Source: an uncultured bacterium
GTDB lineage: Bacteria; Patescibacteriota; Minisyncoccia; Phycocordibacterales; PALSA-1337
Assembly (NCBI GenBank): GCA_963701025.1
Contig: OY969557.1
Location: 801,953 to 865,952, forward strand
DNA length: 64,000 nucleotides
Direction: 5' to 3'
Made by a program: the position numbers and the translations under genes. Within the stretch, counting starts at the first letter, position 1. Each line of letters starts with the position of its first letter. Below the pieces are notes generated by a model. The model saw nothing but the letters and a program-made list of their open reading frames with translations, did not search any database and was not told the DNA's origin. Shown piece after piece: positions 39,800 to 49,735 of this stretch.

Positions 39800-40670
39800 G
39801 GTCACTCGTATCGGTGCCGATGAGGAACCATCGCTTGGGCGCGATCACAACCGAGCCGGGCTTACTATCGAGCCAGGATCCCCACCAAGAAAAAGTGCTG
39901 TTCGCGATTATATGATGGTGGCACAAGCTCATTAGGATCATTTCTTCGATGTCGGTCGCCCCCTGTCCGGAGACAATGACGCGGGGAAAAAGCGAAGATA
40001 GATTCTCCTCGACCCATGGCGCATCGTCGGAGAAGATGTAGTACACCGGGTCTTTGACAAACTCGGCGATCTTCGCGACGGCAGCTATGTAATATCCGGT
40101 CGGAGGCGTCCCGTATTTCTTGGCGGAATGTGGCACACTCACATTGTCCCCCCGACGCACATGCAGCGATATCGGCGTGCCGCGCTTCTCGCCGTCGATC
40201 AGACCTCTCAATGCCAAGCCGCTCTCGGTCCAGCTACTGAGCGAGAATTCCTCGCGCATCGTTTCGGCGGCATCGACAAAATATTTTTCCGATTGCCAGT
40301 CTCCGATGAATAGGACGTCATCACCCGCATCCAAGATTTCCGGGCAATACGTGAAGCGCGGCTCCAGGATGATCCGCTTCTTGGAGAGCGGCAGGCGCGA
40401 TTCCCACATGCGAAATAGCCTCCTCCGGATGCGGGATAATATGTCCGCCGCATCGAACGGCGGCAGGCCGAGCTGGCGCATCTCCCGAGGCGATATCAGA
40501 TCCGCGGATATTCTGAAAGCGTCCAGTTGATATTTTCTGAATTCCGGATGAGTGCCGTATCTAGAAACATCGATTTTTAGCTCGGTGCCACGGCGCATGG
40601 AGAGAGCCTTGCCAAAGGCGTATTGGAACATCTGATTGCCGAGCCCTCCGGATAGTCTGACGATGATCAT
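39771..40670 (-). CDS. GT11-family alpha-1,2-fucosyltransferase-like protein
   Basis: GGLGNQMFQYA and HVRRGD GT11 motifs. Confidence 0.65.
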   Translation of the reverse strand: MIIVRLSGGLGNQMFQYAFGKALSMRRGTELKIDVSRYGTHPEFRKYQLDAFRISADLISPREMRQLGLPPFDAADILSRIRRRLFRMWESRLPLSKKRIILEPRFTYCPEILDAGDDVLFIGDWQSEKYFVDAAETMREEFSLSSWTESGLALRGLIDGEKRGTPISLHVRRGDNVSVPHSAKKYGTPPTGYYIAAVAKIAEFVKDPVYYIFSDDAPWVEENLSSLFPRVIVSGQGATDIEEMILMSLCHHHIIANSTFSWWGSWLDSKPGSVVIAPKRWFLIGTDTSDLIPDGWIQI

Positions 40671-40674
40671 GGCA

Positions 40675-41673
40675 TTATGCTGTTTTAGGTTTGAGCATGG
40701 CTTCGTCCTCATTACTCCATGGCCGCCGGTAATATTCCTTGTATTGATGATCGAACGCCGAAGCGGGACCCCAATTGCCCTCGGCTTCCTCGCTCAGATC
40801 GAACCATCGCCTGACCGTATAGCCATTCGCCATGAAAAGGAATGCCAGGGCCGTGTCCATGGACCAGTGCATGCGCGAATCAAGAGCGTCCGCGAGCTTA
40901 TGTAGATTCTTCGCCACATCGCTCCGCATGCACTCCAAGAACGATTCAGTATGAAATATGGATCCTCCGGAGCCGGCAAAGCCGTTCCATTCCGTTCCCG
41001 GAAAGCGCTTGTTGACGTACTCGCGGACGGATGTCACTAGCTGTTTCCGGTATCTCCGCATCGGCGCCCCGCCCCCTTGTCCCGCGAGGTGAGCGTTCGG
41101 GTACTTGCTTATGCGGTCGCGCGTCCTGATATCGTCCTCCATGATCAGCATCCATTGAGGGTTTTTGCAGGCCGCGCATGCATCGGCCACCCGGGCGAAC
41201 CAATCCATGATGTCAGTAGCCTCATAGCCGAGCTCTTTTTCCGCATATTGGTAATGGCAATTGAAATGGGCCGCTATATCGACCAGATCTACTCCGTGAT
41301 CCGAGACGAGATACACAGGCGTTTTTGGATACAGAGCCCTGAAGGATCTCAAACATTCAAAAGTGGCTTTTTTGTGGTCGAACGTTTGGTAGAAGACCCC
41401 GAAATCTAAGTCTATGTATGATTTCTGCTCATTTCCCCGATCTTTTGAATATTCCTCGAACTTCTGGTGCTTCGAAAGGTAATACCTCTCTTGGGCGAGA
41501 TATGTCTCCCGGTCGACAAACTTCAAACCGCCTTTGTATTCCGCGTACTTCGGTTCGGGAAGCTTGAGACTGGCACCGACGATGGTATTGCGCAACCGTC
41601 TCAAAACAGGCCATGGGTCCGGCCCGAATCTCCTCTTGACGAAGCCCGTTGCCTTTTTTATGAAAGTTAACAT
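40675..41673 (-). CDS. Hypothetical protein, possibly glycosyltransferase-related
   Basis: ORF extends to 41763; the internal Met was chosen to avoid a long overlap. Confidence 0.35.
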   Translation of the reverse strand: MLTFIKKATGFVKRRFGPDPWPVLRRLRNTIVGASLKLPEPKYAEYKGGLKFVDRETYLAQERYYLSKHQKFEEYSKDRGNEQKSYIDLDFGVFYQTFDHKKATFECLRSFRALYPKTPVYLVSDHGVDLVDIAAHFNCHYQYAEKELGYEATDIMDWFARVADACAACKNPQWMLIMEDDIRTRDRISKYPNAHLAGQGGGAPMRRYRKQLVTSVREYVNKRFPGTEWNGFAGSGGSIFHTESFLECMRSDVAKNLHKLADALDSRMHWSMDTALAFLFMANGYTVRRWFDLSEEAEGNWGPASAFDHQYKEYYRRPWSNEDEAMLKPKTA

Positions 41674-43739
41674 TTTTTTCTGGTCCCGTTCCGCTTGAAG
41701 AATTCCCGGTATCTCTCCTTGTTTTCCATAAGGTATCTCGGCAATCCACGCTCGCTGACCCACAGTTTCACGTTTCGCCCTTTGTAATCATAATTATTCT
41801 CGACCGCAATGTCTATCTTTTTGATTGTCTCGGGTGTCCCGTAGAACGGATGGTCTGACTCATTGAGCTTCCGTCTTGCCCCTTCAAGCCCCCCCTGAAA
41901 AGTAAAATGCCAACCTCCGTCTGATAGGATCACGTGGCGGGTCTTCTTCCTTCTCTTGAGGTCATCCAAGTACCCGTCCTTGATGTTCTTATATTTTGTT
42001 ACGATGGTGCCGGTCCAACCGCTCCAATGCTCGTCTGATCGGTTGTTGAGGTAGTACATGTATCCCTTTTGTCTCAACTTGAAAATATCGTCGCTAGAAT
42101 AGTCTATGAGGAGCTCCGGGTTCCAGATCTCGTCTAGGTCGGAGACATAGCATATATCGTTGTCATCCAGGCCGACCAGCGCTTTCCTTACGGATTCTTT
42201 TATATAACCTTCCCTGATCCAATGATAAGGGATCGTATCCGCGTTATCCACCGAGAGTAAGCATTCCATGATATGCCGATCTATCTTAGCCAGATCGCGG
42301 CCCTCGCTGAGCCTCCTTCTCATGTCATCCACGCTTTTGGGGATATTTGTTACCGCTAGATAGATTATCTTATGCTTCCATTTTTCAAATCGTGCCTCAT
42401 TTTCTTTGAAATATAGCGGTTTAGGGCGTCCGGAGTGAGTCTCCGAAGCTTCTACGATAACGAAAAAGTCGACATATGGGTCAAGTATGGATAATCGTAT
42501 CTCGAGTAGGTCTAGTTCATTGAAAAAAGTGAATATATCGTATATTTTGATCTTTTTCCTGTATTCCGCGATTTCCTCCGGAGCATGCCATGTCTTTTTC
42601 GTCCGGTATTCATCAATGAGTTCCGGTATCGTCTCTCTAAGGTGTAGGATTTTCTTGGCGATCCTTTTTACGTTCTTCGTCAGCTTAAAAATCGATATTT
42701 TGAGCGCCCTCATGCATAAGGCGTCCATACGGTCCTTGATCCATATCGCTCCGCGCAATCCTCTGGTGCGAACTATCCAGCCGAACGCGTAGACCGCGGA
42801 TGTGTCTTTGCGGATGGTGTTGAATATGTTCCAAATATTTCGTATCCCCCTAGCGACCGGTCTGGCAGGAGTCGATCCGTCCGGAGATGTCGCGTACATG
42901 CCCTTATGTGCCAGCATATATTGGTCGAGCTCCTTTATGCATTGATCGTAGTCATACAAATTTCCCTTGCGGTCAAGGTACATCCATCCCTTGGTGACGT
43001 TATATCCCAGGCTCCAGAAGCCGTCGGAGATGTTATGTCTGCCCCAATATTTTGGTGCTATACAATATTTCAGCCTGGTGCTCGTCCATGCAGGGAACCA
43101 GGCGAAGCTAGAATTCGACAGGATCAAATAATGCGCGTTCTTGATAACGGAATAATCCTTGCCGATGCTCCAATGGAATACCTCGAAATTGGGAAAGAAC
43201 CTCCTGGCGGTCTTCACATCATCGGTGACGACTATGAATCTGAAGCTAGGGTTCACGGCGCGCATCAGCGCTATGGCGTTCTTCCAATATCTGCGTGGCA
43301 GGAAAAAATCCACATCGAAGATATATCCGCCACCCCTGAAGTTTATGACGCAGATATCGTCGCCAGAATAGTCCGTGCAATCGTATGCCTTTCTTACGCT
43401 GAGCCACTGTCTGATCTCGCCCTTCCTATGGGCGATGTATCGCTCATCCTGCATATAGCCTTCGATCTCGGTGCGGTCCGGCACATTCACCAGCTTCTCA
43501 TCGTACGTGCGTATATCGGATCTGTTCAAAGGATGGATGATCGACTGCTCCGAATAGCGGTGCCTAATGCCCTCGACTGGCTTACCGAAATCGATATCCA
43601 TGAAACTGTCGCCCTTGAACCTTTCCGGTGATTTGATGCCGAAGTCATAGCCTTTGTCCTTGGCTATGACCCTCGTCGCTATGTAACACCAGAGCTGGTT
43701 ACCGAGGCCCTGGCCGTCATGCAGCTCGGTGATGATCAT
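41667..43739 (-). CDS. GT11 fucosyltransferase-like / GT17 bisecting-GlcNAc-transferase-like fusion protein
   Basis: N-terminal GQGLGNQLW (GT11). C-terminal IYDIFTFFNELDLLEIRLSILDPYVDFFVIVEASETHSG (GT17). Confidence 0.55.
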   Translation of the reverse strand: MIITELHDGQGLGNQLWCYIATRVIAKDKGYDFGIKSPERFKGDSFMDIDFGKPVEGIRHRYSEQSIIHPLNRSDIRTYDEKLVNVPDRTEIEGYMQDERYIAHRKGEIRQWLSVRKAYDCTDYSGDDICVINFRGGGYIFDVDFFLPRRYWKNAIALMRAVNPSFRFIVVTDDVKTARRFFPNFEVFHWSIGKDYSVIKNAHYLILSNSSFAWFPAWTSTRLKYCIAPKYWGRHNISDGFWSLGYNVTKGWMYLDRKGNLYDYDQCIKELDQYMLAHKGMYATSPDGSTPARPVARGIRNIWNIFNTIRKDTSAVYAFGWIVRTRGLRGAIWIKDRMDALCMRALKISIFKLTKNVKRIAKKILHLRETIPELIDEYRTKKTWHAPEEIAEYRKKIKIYDIFTFFNELDLLEIRLSILDPYVDFFVIVEASETHSGRPKPLYFKENEARFEKWKHKIIYLAVTNIPKSVDDMRRRLSEGRDLAKIDRHIMECLLSVDNADTIPYHWIREGYIKESVRKALVGLDDNDICYVSDLDEIWNPELLIDYSSDDIFKLRQKGYMYYLNNRSDEHWSGWTGTIVTKYKNIKDGYLDDLKRRKKTRHVILSDGGWHFTFQGGLEGARRKLNESDHPFYGTPETIKKIDIAVENNYDYKGRNVKLWVSERGLPRYLMENKERYREFFKRNGTRKKC

Positions 43740-45016
43740 GCGCGACTTTCAGCGAACGAGCAAGGGACAAGGTGCGAAGGGGTATGCTTGTCCGGCATCG
43801 ATGACAGGCCGAAAGCCCCATGGTCGTCTCCGACATCGATCTCGCACGCTTGTTTGACTTCATCCTGGCTGGAGCCATTCGCGGACAGGAAAATATCGAC
43901 GGAATATCTGCCAGCCTTGAGATCGATCGCACCGGTCTCGCAGACGATAGTTCCTTTCTCTCCGAGTGCGTCCCCTATGGTCTTTTGAGTGAGCTTGCTA
44001 TCGAACCGGAGCGCGGTCTGTTGGGATGCAGTGAATATGGATATGGCGGTTTGCGGCGAATGCATAGGCTTTCCGCTCCGGTTCTCATAGTCCAGCTCTA
44101 TCCTCAAGCGGCAAGCACTGGATATCGATGCCGTGGTATCGGCGTTAGACACGCGGATAGCAGTGAATCGAGCTGCTCCGGCTCCCATGCGGCTCTCTTT
44201 GTTCCAATCCGCGTCCGTGGCCTTGTTAAAGTTTGATCCGCTATTCAGATATGCCCCTACGATCTGGTTCGTTTCGCCGATATCCTTGATCCTGCCGTTT
44301 TCGAGCCAGATCGTCTTTTTGCACAGGCTCTCAATAGCCGCCATGTTATGGCTGACGAAGAGTATAGTCCGGCCGTCCTTCTGGGTGACTTCCTGCATCT
44401 TGCCGAGGCATTTCTTTTGGAATTCGGCGTCGCCCACGGCTAGGACCTCGTCGATGATGAGGATGTCAGGCTCCATGTGGGCCGCCACGGAGAAAGCCAG
44501 ACGGACGTACATGCCGCTCGAGTATCGCTTGACGGGGGTGTCGAGGAATTTTCCTATGCCGGAGAACTCGACGATGGCGTCGAACTTCTTGGCTATCTCG
44601 CCGCGCCTCATGCCGAGGATCGCGCCGTTCAGAAATATGTTCTCTCGGCCGGTCAATTCCGGATGGAAACCGGTGCCGACTTCGAGGAGCGACCCGACGC
44701 GCCCGCGCAGGACGATCTCGCCCTCCGTCGGTGGGGTGATCTGGCTCAATATCTTGAGCAGAGTCGACTTGCCGGCGCCGTTCCGGCCTATGATGCCGAT
44801 GACCTCGCCCTTATCGACTTTGAAACTGACATTCTTGAGCGCCCAGAAATCCTCGCGTTTCTCCAATCCCACCGCTCGCTTTGCTTTGGTCTTGGCGAAA
44901 GCGAACGGCCGACGCATGACGTTCGCCAGGACATCGCGCAAGGTCACGTATCTGCCGCGCTCATGAGAGATGAGGTATCGCTTACCCAGGTTCTTGACTT
45001 CTATTATAGGTTGCAT
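43736..45016 (-). CDS. ABC transporter ATP-binding protein, Wzt/TagH type, with a C-terminal glycan-binding domain
   Basis: Walker A GRNGAGKST, signature YSSGMYVRLAF, Walker B ILIIDE, and a C-terminal extension. Confidence 0.75.
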   Translation of the reverse strand: MQPIIEVKNLGKRYLISHERGRYVTLRDVLANVMRRPFAFAKTKAKRAVGLEKREDFWALKNVSFKVDKGEVIGIIGRNGAGKSTLLKILSQITPPTEGEIVLRGRVGSLLEVGTGFHPELTGRENIFLNGAILGMRRGEIAKKFDAIVEFSGIGKFLDTPVKRYSSGMYVRLAFSVAAHMEPDILIIDEVLAVGDAEFQKKCLGKMQEVTQKDGRTILFVSHNMAAIESLCKKTIWLENGRIKDIGETNQIVGAYLNSGSNFNKATDADWNKESRMGAGAARFTAIRVSNADTTASISSACRLRIELDYENRSGKPMHSPQTAISIFTASQQTALRFDSKLTQKTIGDALGEKGTIVCETGAIDLKAGRYSVDIFLSANGSSQDEVKQACEIDVGDDHGAFGLSSMPDKHTPSHLVPCSFAESRA

Positions 45017-45022
45017 GGCTTT

Positions 45023-45868
45023 TTACACGACATCGGCGAAATAGCGTTCGACTCTCTTGAAGACGTATATGCCGATGAAAAGCAGGACCCCACAGCCGAT
45101 GACGGATCCGCCGATCTGCAGCCAGTTGACCTGTGCCGTGCCGAGGAGTACCGCCCGGGCATTATTGACCACGCCGGTCATCGGGTTCAGTGCCAGGAGT
45201 TTCGACCATTTTCCGGCTATAGATGAAGGATATATGACCGGAGTCAGGAATATGAGCATCTGCATGAAGTACGGCAGGACATAACGGACGTCGCGATATT
45301 TGACGTTTATGGCCGCCAGGAACAGGCCCAGTCCCTCAGCGCACATGGCGGTGATGATGAGCAGTATCGGGACGACGACGAGGCTTTCCCAGCTGGGGGC
45401 TATATGATAGTAGACCATCAGGCCAGCCAAGATGACCGCGGAAATAGCGAAGTCTACGAACTTAGTGACGACCGCCGCCACTGGTATGATCAAGCGTGGG
45501 AAGTAGACCTTGGTGATGATGGCTTGATTGCCCACCAGAGAATTGCTGACGTCGCCGAGAGAGTCGGAGAACAGTTGCCAGAAAAGAAGGCCGGTGTAGA
45601 CGAATATCGGATAAGGAACGTTGTCGGAAGGCATTTTGGCCAGACTGCCGAAGAATACGGAGAATATGACCATGGCCACGAAGGGTTGTATGACCGCCCA
45701 CATTATGCCGATGAATGTCTGCTTGTAGCGCACCTTGAGGTCGCGCCAGCTGAAAAAGTACAATAGCTCGCGGTAGAGCCATATTTCCTTGAGGTCCCGT
45801 ATATGGAAAAGTTTTTTTGGCCTGATGACCGTTACGGTAGCAGTCGAGGAGTCTGACATACCGGCCAT
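45023..45868 (-). CDS. ABC-2 type polysaccharide export permease (Wzm/TagG type)
   Basis: Six-TM ABC-2 permease adjacent to the Wzt ATPase. Confidence 0.7.
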   Translation of the reverse strand: MAGMSDSSTATVTVIRPKKLFHIRDLKEIWLYRELLYFFSWRDLKVRYKQTFIGIMWAVIQPFVAMVIFSVFFGSLAKMPSDNVPYPIFVYTGLLFWQLFSDSLGDVSNSLVGNQAIITKVYFPRLIIPVAAVVTKFVDFAISAVILAGLMVYYHIAPSWESLVVVPILLIITAMCAEGLGLFLAAINVKYRDVRYVLPYFMQMLIFLTPVIYPSSIAGKWSKLLALNPMTGVVNNARAVLLGTAQVNWLQIGGSVIGCGVLLFIGIYVFKRVERYFADVV

Positions 45869-46033
45869 ACTAGCATGAAGCGTGCGTTTTGTTGAGAGAT
45901 TGCGGCGAAGCGCCTATGCTGATACAATTCTTCGCATTCCTGTCTCTCCATGGTTTGCGACCAAGAGAGTTCCTGCCCAGGAGAGGTTATCATCTACCTA
46001 AGAGGCTTCAAGCTTGATTGAAGTAAACTGAAT

Positions 46034-46579
46034 ATGCCAGATAAATTGCGGCACGTGAACCGTGCCCTTTGGTTGTACGCGCTTTGCGCGTTGGCCATTA
46101 TACCGATAACGACTTTTGCCACAGCCAGACATTATGATTCCAAATTCAGAATCATTTATTCGTTAGATAAGAGAAATAACGACCAGGAAATCATCCGCCT
46201 CATCAACGGCGCCGACCGTTATGTCTATTTTGCCGTCTATTATTTCACCAAGACCGACATCGCCGACGCTCTGATCAGGGCCAAGCAGCGGGGCGTGGTC
46301 GTCTGGGGTATCACCGACGCGGCCGCCGGCCTCGACAGCAACAAGAATGTCATGGATCTCCTGCGCGCCGCCGGCATCAGCGTGGAGACGCAGAAGCACC
46401 AAGACGGCATTATGCACATAAAGGCCGTCGTGACCGACAAAGCTTATGCCTCCGGCAGCTACAATTGGACGGATTCTGCCACGGAAGCCAACGATGAGAT
46501 CCTGGAGATCGGCACCGACAAGGCCGTGCACGATCAGTATCTCGCCATTATCAAAAAAGTATTAACGGTCAATCAATGA
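46034..46579 (+). CDS. Phospholipase D / Nuc-family protein
   Basis: HxK(x)4D motif MHIKAVVTD. Confidence 0.55.
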   Translation: MPDKLRHVNRALWLYALCALAIIPITTFATARHYDSKFRIIYSLDKRNNDQEIIRLINGADRYVYFAVYYFTKTDIADALIRAKQRGVVVWGITDAAAGLDSNKNVMDLLRAAGISVETQKHQDGIMHIKAVVTDKAYASGSYNWTDSATEANDEILEIGTDKAVHDQYLAIIKKVLTVNQ

Positions 46580-46585
46580 ATATCA

Positions 46586-47023
46586 ATGAATATGAAGTAT
46601 ACTTTGATCGTGATACCCGCGGCTGTCGTCTTGCTGGCGATCGGATATTGGTTAGTATCCGGCAGAGGTGACGACGGAGCCATGATCCGTCCATCGGTCA
46701 ATAGATCCGCCGCGGGTTCCGGCGCTTCCGCTTCAGGTACGGTAAATGAATACGACTATACTGAAGCGCCCGATCATATCGGCGAGCGCGCTACTATCAT
46801 CGGCACAGTAGTAAGGACCTTCACCGCCAAAAGCGGGGTGACCTTCTTCGATTTCTGCCAGAGCTTCGACGATTGTCCCTTCTCCGCCGTGATCTTTGCG
46901 TCAGACTTAGAAAAGTTCGGAGACTTGACGCGATATGAGCGCGCCGTCAAGATCACCGGTGTCATTAGATCCTACCAGGGCAAGGCGGAAGTAGCGCTGA
47001 ATGATCCGGATCAGATTGAGTAA
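46586..47023 (+). CDS. Hypothetical membrane-anchored protein
   Basis: N-terminal TM helix. Confidence 0.3.
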   Translation: MNMKYTLIVIPAAVVLLAIGYWLVSGRGDDGAMIRPSVNRSAAGSGASASGTVNEYDYTEAPDHIGERATIIGTVVRTFTAKSGVTFFDFCQSFDDCPFSAVIFASDLEKFGDLTRYERAVKITGVIRSYQGKAEVALNDPDQIE

Positions 47024-47071
47024 GAAGCTTGATGTTTCGGCCCATGATTGAGTATTTGCGGGGAATCTTGT

Positions 47072-49372
47072 ATGATGTCCTTCATCATGCCCATAAAGTC
47101 CATAACCCGATTCATGTCGCTCGCCGCCCTGTTCCTCGTCCCGTTCTTCTCGCTCATAGTCGCCAATTCGTTCTTCTTCCCGTTCATCACCGGCAAAGCC
47201 TTCTATTTCCGGGCTCTGGTGGAGATCGCTTTCGCTTCATGGGTCGTCCTGGCCTTCCTCGACGCCAAGTACCGTCCGAAGCTGAATGCTCTTACCGTCG
47301 GCATCACCGTGTTCGCCCTGGTCACGCTCGTCGCGGACCTCCTCGGCGTCAACCCGATCCGCAGCCTCTGGTCCAACTTCGAGCGCATGGAAGGCTGGAT
47401 CACGGTCGTCCATCTCTGGATGTTCTTCATGGTGGCAAGCGGCGTCCTCGGCGCGATGTCCTCCGACGGCCCGGAAGGCAAGAAGCTCTGGCACCGTTGG
47501 ATGAACGTTGAACTGGCCGTGGCGTTGCTCGTGGCCGGCTACGGCCTCTTCCAGCTCTTCGGCTGGGCGGCCATACACCAGGGCTCTTCGCGCATCGACG
47601 CCTCTCTCGGCAATGCCGCCTACATGGCCGTGTACATGCTCCTAAACGCCGGCATCGCCGTATATCTATTCTGCGAATCGAATCTAAAAGCTAGGTGGGT
47701 CTATGTCGTTCTGGCCGTTCTCTTCTCTTTCGAGCTCTACGAGACCGCCACCCGCGGCACTATACTCGGCCTTGTCGGCGGCATCATGGTGGCTCTGGCC
47801 GCTTATGCCGTATTCGCCCGGAATAAGAGTACAAATGGCGTCGCAGGCGCGAATGGCACCTCCGGCCAGCCGGCGATCAGCCGATCGCGATGGATATCCG
47901 GAAGCATCGTCGCCGTGGTCGTCGTGCTCATACTGGCTTTCATCGGTCTCCGCCACCAACCGTTCATAGAGAATAATCCCGTCCTCGGCCGCCTGGCCAG
48001 CATATCCCTCTCATCGAGCGAAACAACCGCCCGTCTCTATATCTGGCAGTCGGCTCTTACGGGCTGGAGCCAGAGACCGGTGCTCGGCTGGGGCCAGGAG
48101 AATTTCAACTATATCTTCAACGCCAATTACAATCCGGCCATGTGGAGCCAGGAACAGTGGTTCGACCGGGCACACAGCGTCTATCTCGACTGGTTGACAG
48201 CCTCTGGCGTTGTCGGTCTCATCTCGTATCTCGCCCTGTATGTTCTCTTCCTGTTCGCCGTCTGGAAGTCGACGCTCACGGTCGCGGAGAAGAGCGCCCT
48301 TACAGGACTTCTCGCCGGCTACGCCATACATAACATTTTTGTTTTCGACAACTTGGCGAGTTATGTCCTCTTCTTCGCCTTGCTGGCTTTCGCCGCATCT
48401 CTTGCTGGAAAAATGCCGGCATCGCCAGGCGCCTCGGCTGGCGCTTCATCCATGATGCCGAAGATCCTCGGCGGCACGCGAGCCATAGGCGCCGAAGTCA
48501 TCGAGTATGTCGTCGCTCCGGCCGCCATCATAGTCCTTATCGCCGGTCTCTACTGGTTCACCTGGCGACCGATACAGGAGAATACTCGCCTGATCGCCGC
48601 TCTAATATCCTGCTCGGGCAGTTCGTCCGGATCCCTGCCAGATCCATCCTTTTTCCAGAACGCCTTGGACGTCGGTGCCTATGTCGGCGATCAAGAGATA
48701 CGCGAACAGCTCCTGTCATGCGCCGGCAGTGTCATCCCGAGCCAGGCTGTCCCTGATCCGACCAAGCAAGCCTTCTTCACCCTCGCCATGGATGCCATAG
48801 CGGCCCAAGTCGCCGCTACGCCGAAAGACGCCCGCATATACACGTTGGCAGGATCTTTCCTAGACCAAGTCGGCGCTTTCTCCCAAGCGGAGCCTATCCT
48901 GATCGATGCCCATCTCCTCTCCCCGGCGAAGCAGACCATCGACTTCGAGCTCGGCAATGATTACATAAATGAAGGCAAGATAAGCCAGGCGGTGGAGATA
49001 TTCAAGCAAGCATACGAGTCCGCCACCGACGATACCGATGCCAGGACCGGCTATGCCACCGTCCTCGTCATAGCGGGCCAAGATGCCCAAGCTCACGCTC
49101 TCTTCGGCGACGATCCGTCGCTGTTCGAGACGCCCGGCATGGCCCAAGCCTATGCCGCCGCCAGGGAGTATCCGAAAGCCATCGCCATATATCAGTCTCT
49201 CATCGGCACTTCCACCGACAATATCGATCTCCAACTCAAGCTGGCCCAGACGCAATATGCCGCCGGCATGGTCAGCGCCGCCGTGGCCACCCTGAAGCTC
49301 ATAGAAAAGAACCATCCCGAATATACGACCCAGCTCGACGCCGCTATCCAACAGGCAGAAACCGGGAAATAG
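47072..49372 (+). CDS. O-antigen ligase/polymerase-family membrane protein with C-terminal TPR repeats
   Basis: About 10 TM helices, a Wzy_C-like region (RLYIWQSALTGW...) and a C-terminal TPR-like soluble domain. Confidence 0.55.
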   Translation: MMSFIMPIKSITRFMSLAALFLVPFFSLIVANSFFFPFITGKAFYFRALVEIAFASWVVLAFLDAKYRPKLNALTVGITVFALVTLVADLLGVNPIRSLWSNFERMEGWITVVHLWMFFMVASGVLGAMSSDGPEGKKLWHRWMNVELAVALLVAGYGLFQLFGWAAIHQGSSRIDASLGNAAYMAVYMLLNAGIAVYLFCESNLKARWVYVVLAVLFSFELYETATRGTILGLVGGIMVALAAYAVFARNKSTNGVAGANGTSGQPAISRSRWISGSIVAVVVVLILAFIGLRHQPFIENNPVLGRLASISLSSSETTARLYIWQSALTGWSQRPVLGWGQENFNYIFNANYNPAMWSQEQWFDRAHSVYLDWLTASGVVGLISYLALYVLFLFAVWKSTLTVAEKSALTGLLAGYAIHNIFVFDNLASYVLFFALLAFAASLAGKMPASPGASAGASSMMPKILGGTRAIGAEVIEYVVAPAAIIVLIAGLYWFTWRPIQENTRLIAALISCSGSSSGSLPDPSFFQNALDVGAYVGDQEIREQLLSCAGSVIPSQAVPDPTKQAFFTLAMDAIAAQVAATPKDARIYTLAGSFLDQVGAFSQAEPILIDAHLLSPAKQTIDFELGNDYINEGKISQAVEIFKQAYESATDDTDARTGYATVLVIAGQDAQAHALFGDDPSLFETPGMAQAYAAAREYPKAIAIYQSLIGTSTDNIDLQLKLAQTQYAAGMVSAAVATLKLIEKNHPEYTTQLDAAIQQAETGK

Positions 49373-49521
49373 CGTCGATTTAACTCGGCTCTCCGCCAGC
49401 CGGCGGATCCACCATTTGAGCCGAGTTTCTCCACAGCGCGGCTTGATTTCCGGACAAAAAGGCGCTATACTCGGGCCGTGAGTACCCAGGTGGGCACTCT
49501 CCAATAAATGTCTCGCAAAGT

Positions 49522-49542
49522 GCCGCCCTCGGCGGCCTTTTG
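49522..49542 (+). terminator. Rho-independent terminator
   Basis: GCCGCC-ctc-GGCGGC followed by CTTTTG. Confidence 0.45.
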
Positions 49543-49735
49543 CGTTAAGCCCCTCTCATTCATTGCGCCGCCGGAAGGCCGCGAGTATAATGGACGCAGA
49601 TTGCTCCTAGTGACGGCGAGCGGCTGTACTCACATTATATTTAGACATATTATTTGGAGCTCACACCCGCTCGCCATCATTCGGCGCAATCGCGCGTGAG
49701 ACAGGATGGCAGACCAGGCATCGGGGCAGATTTCG

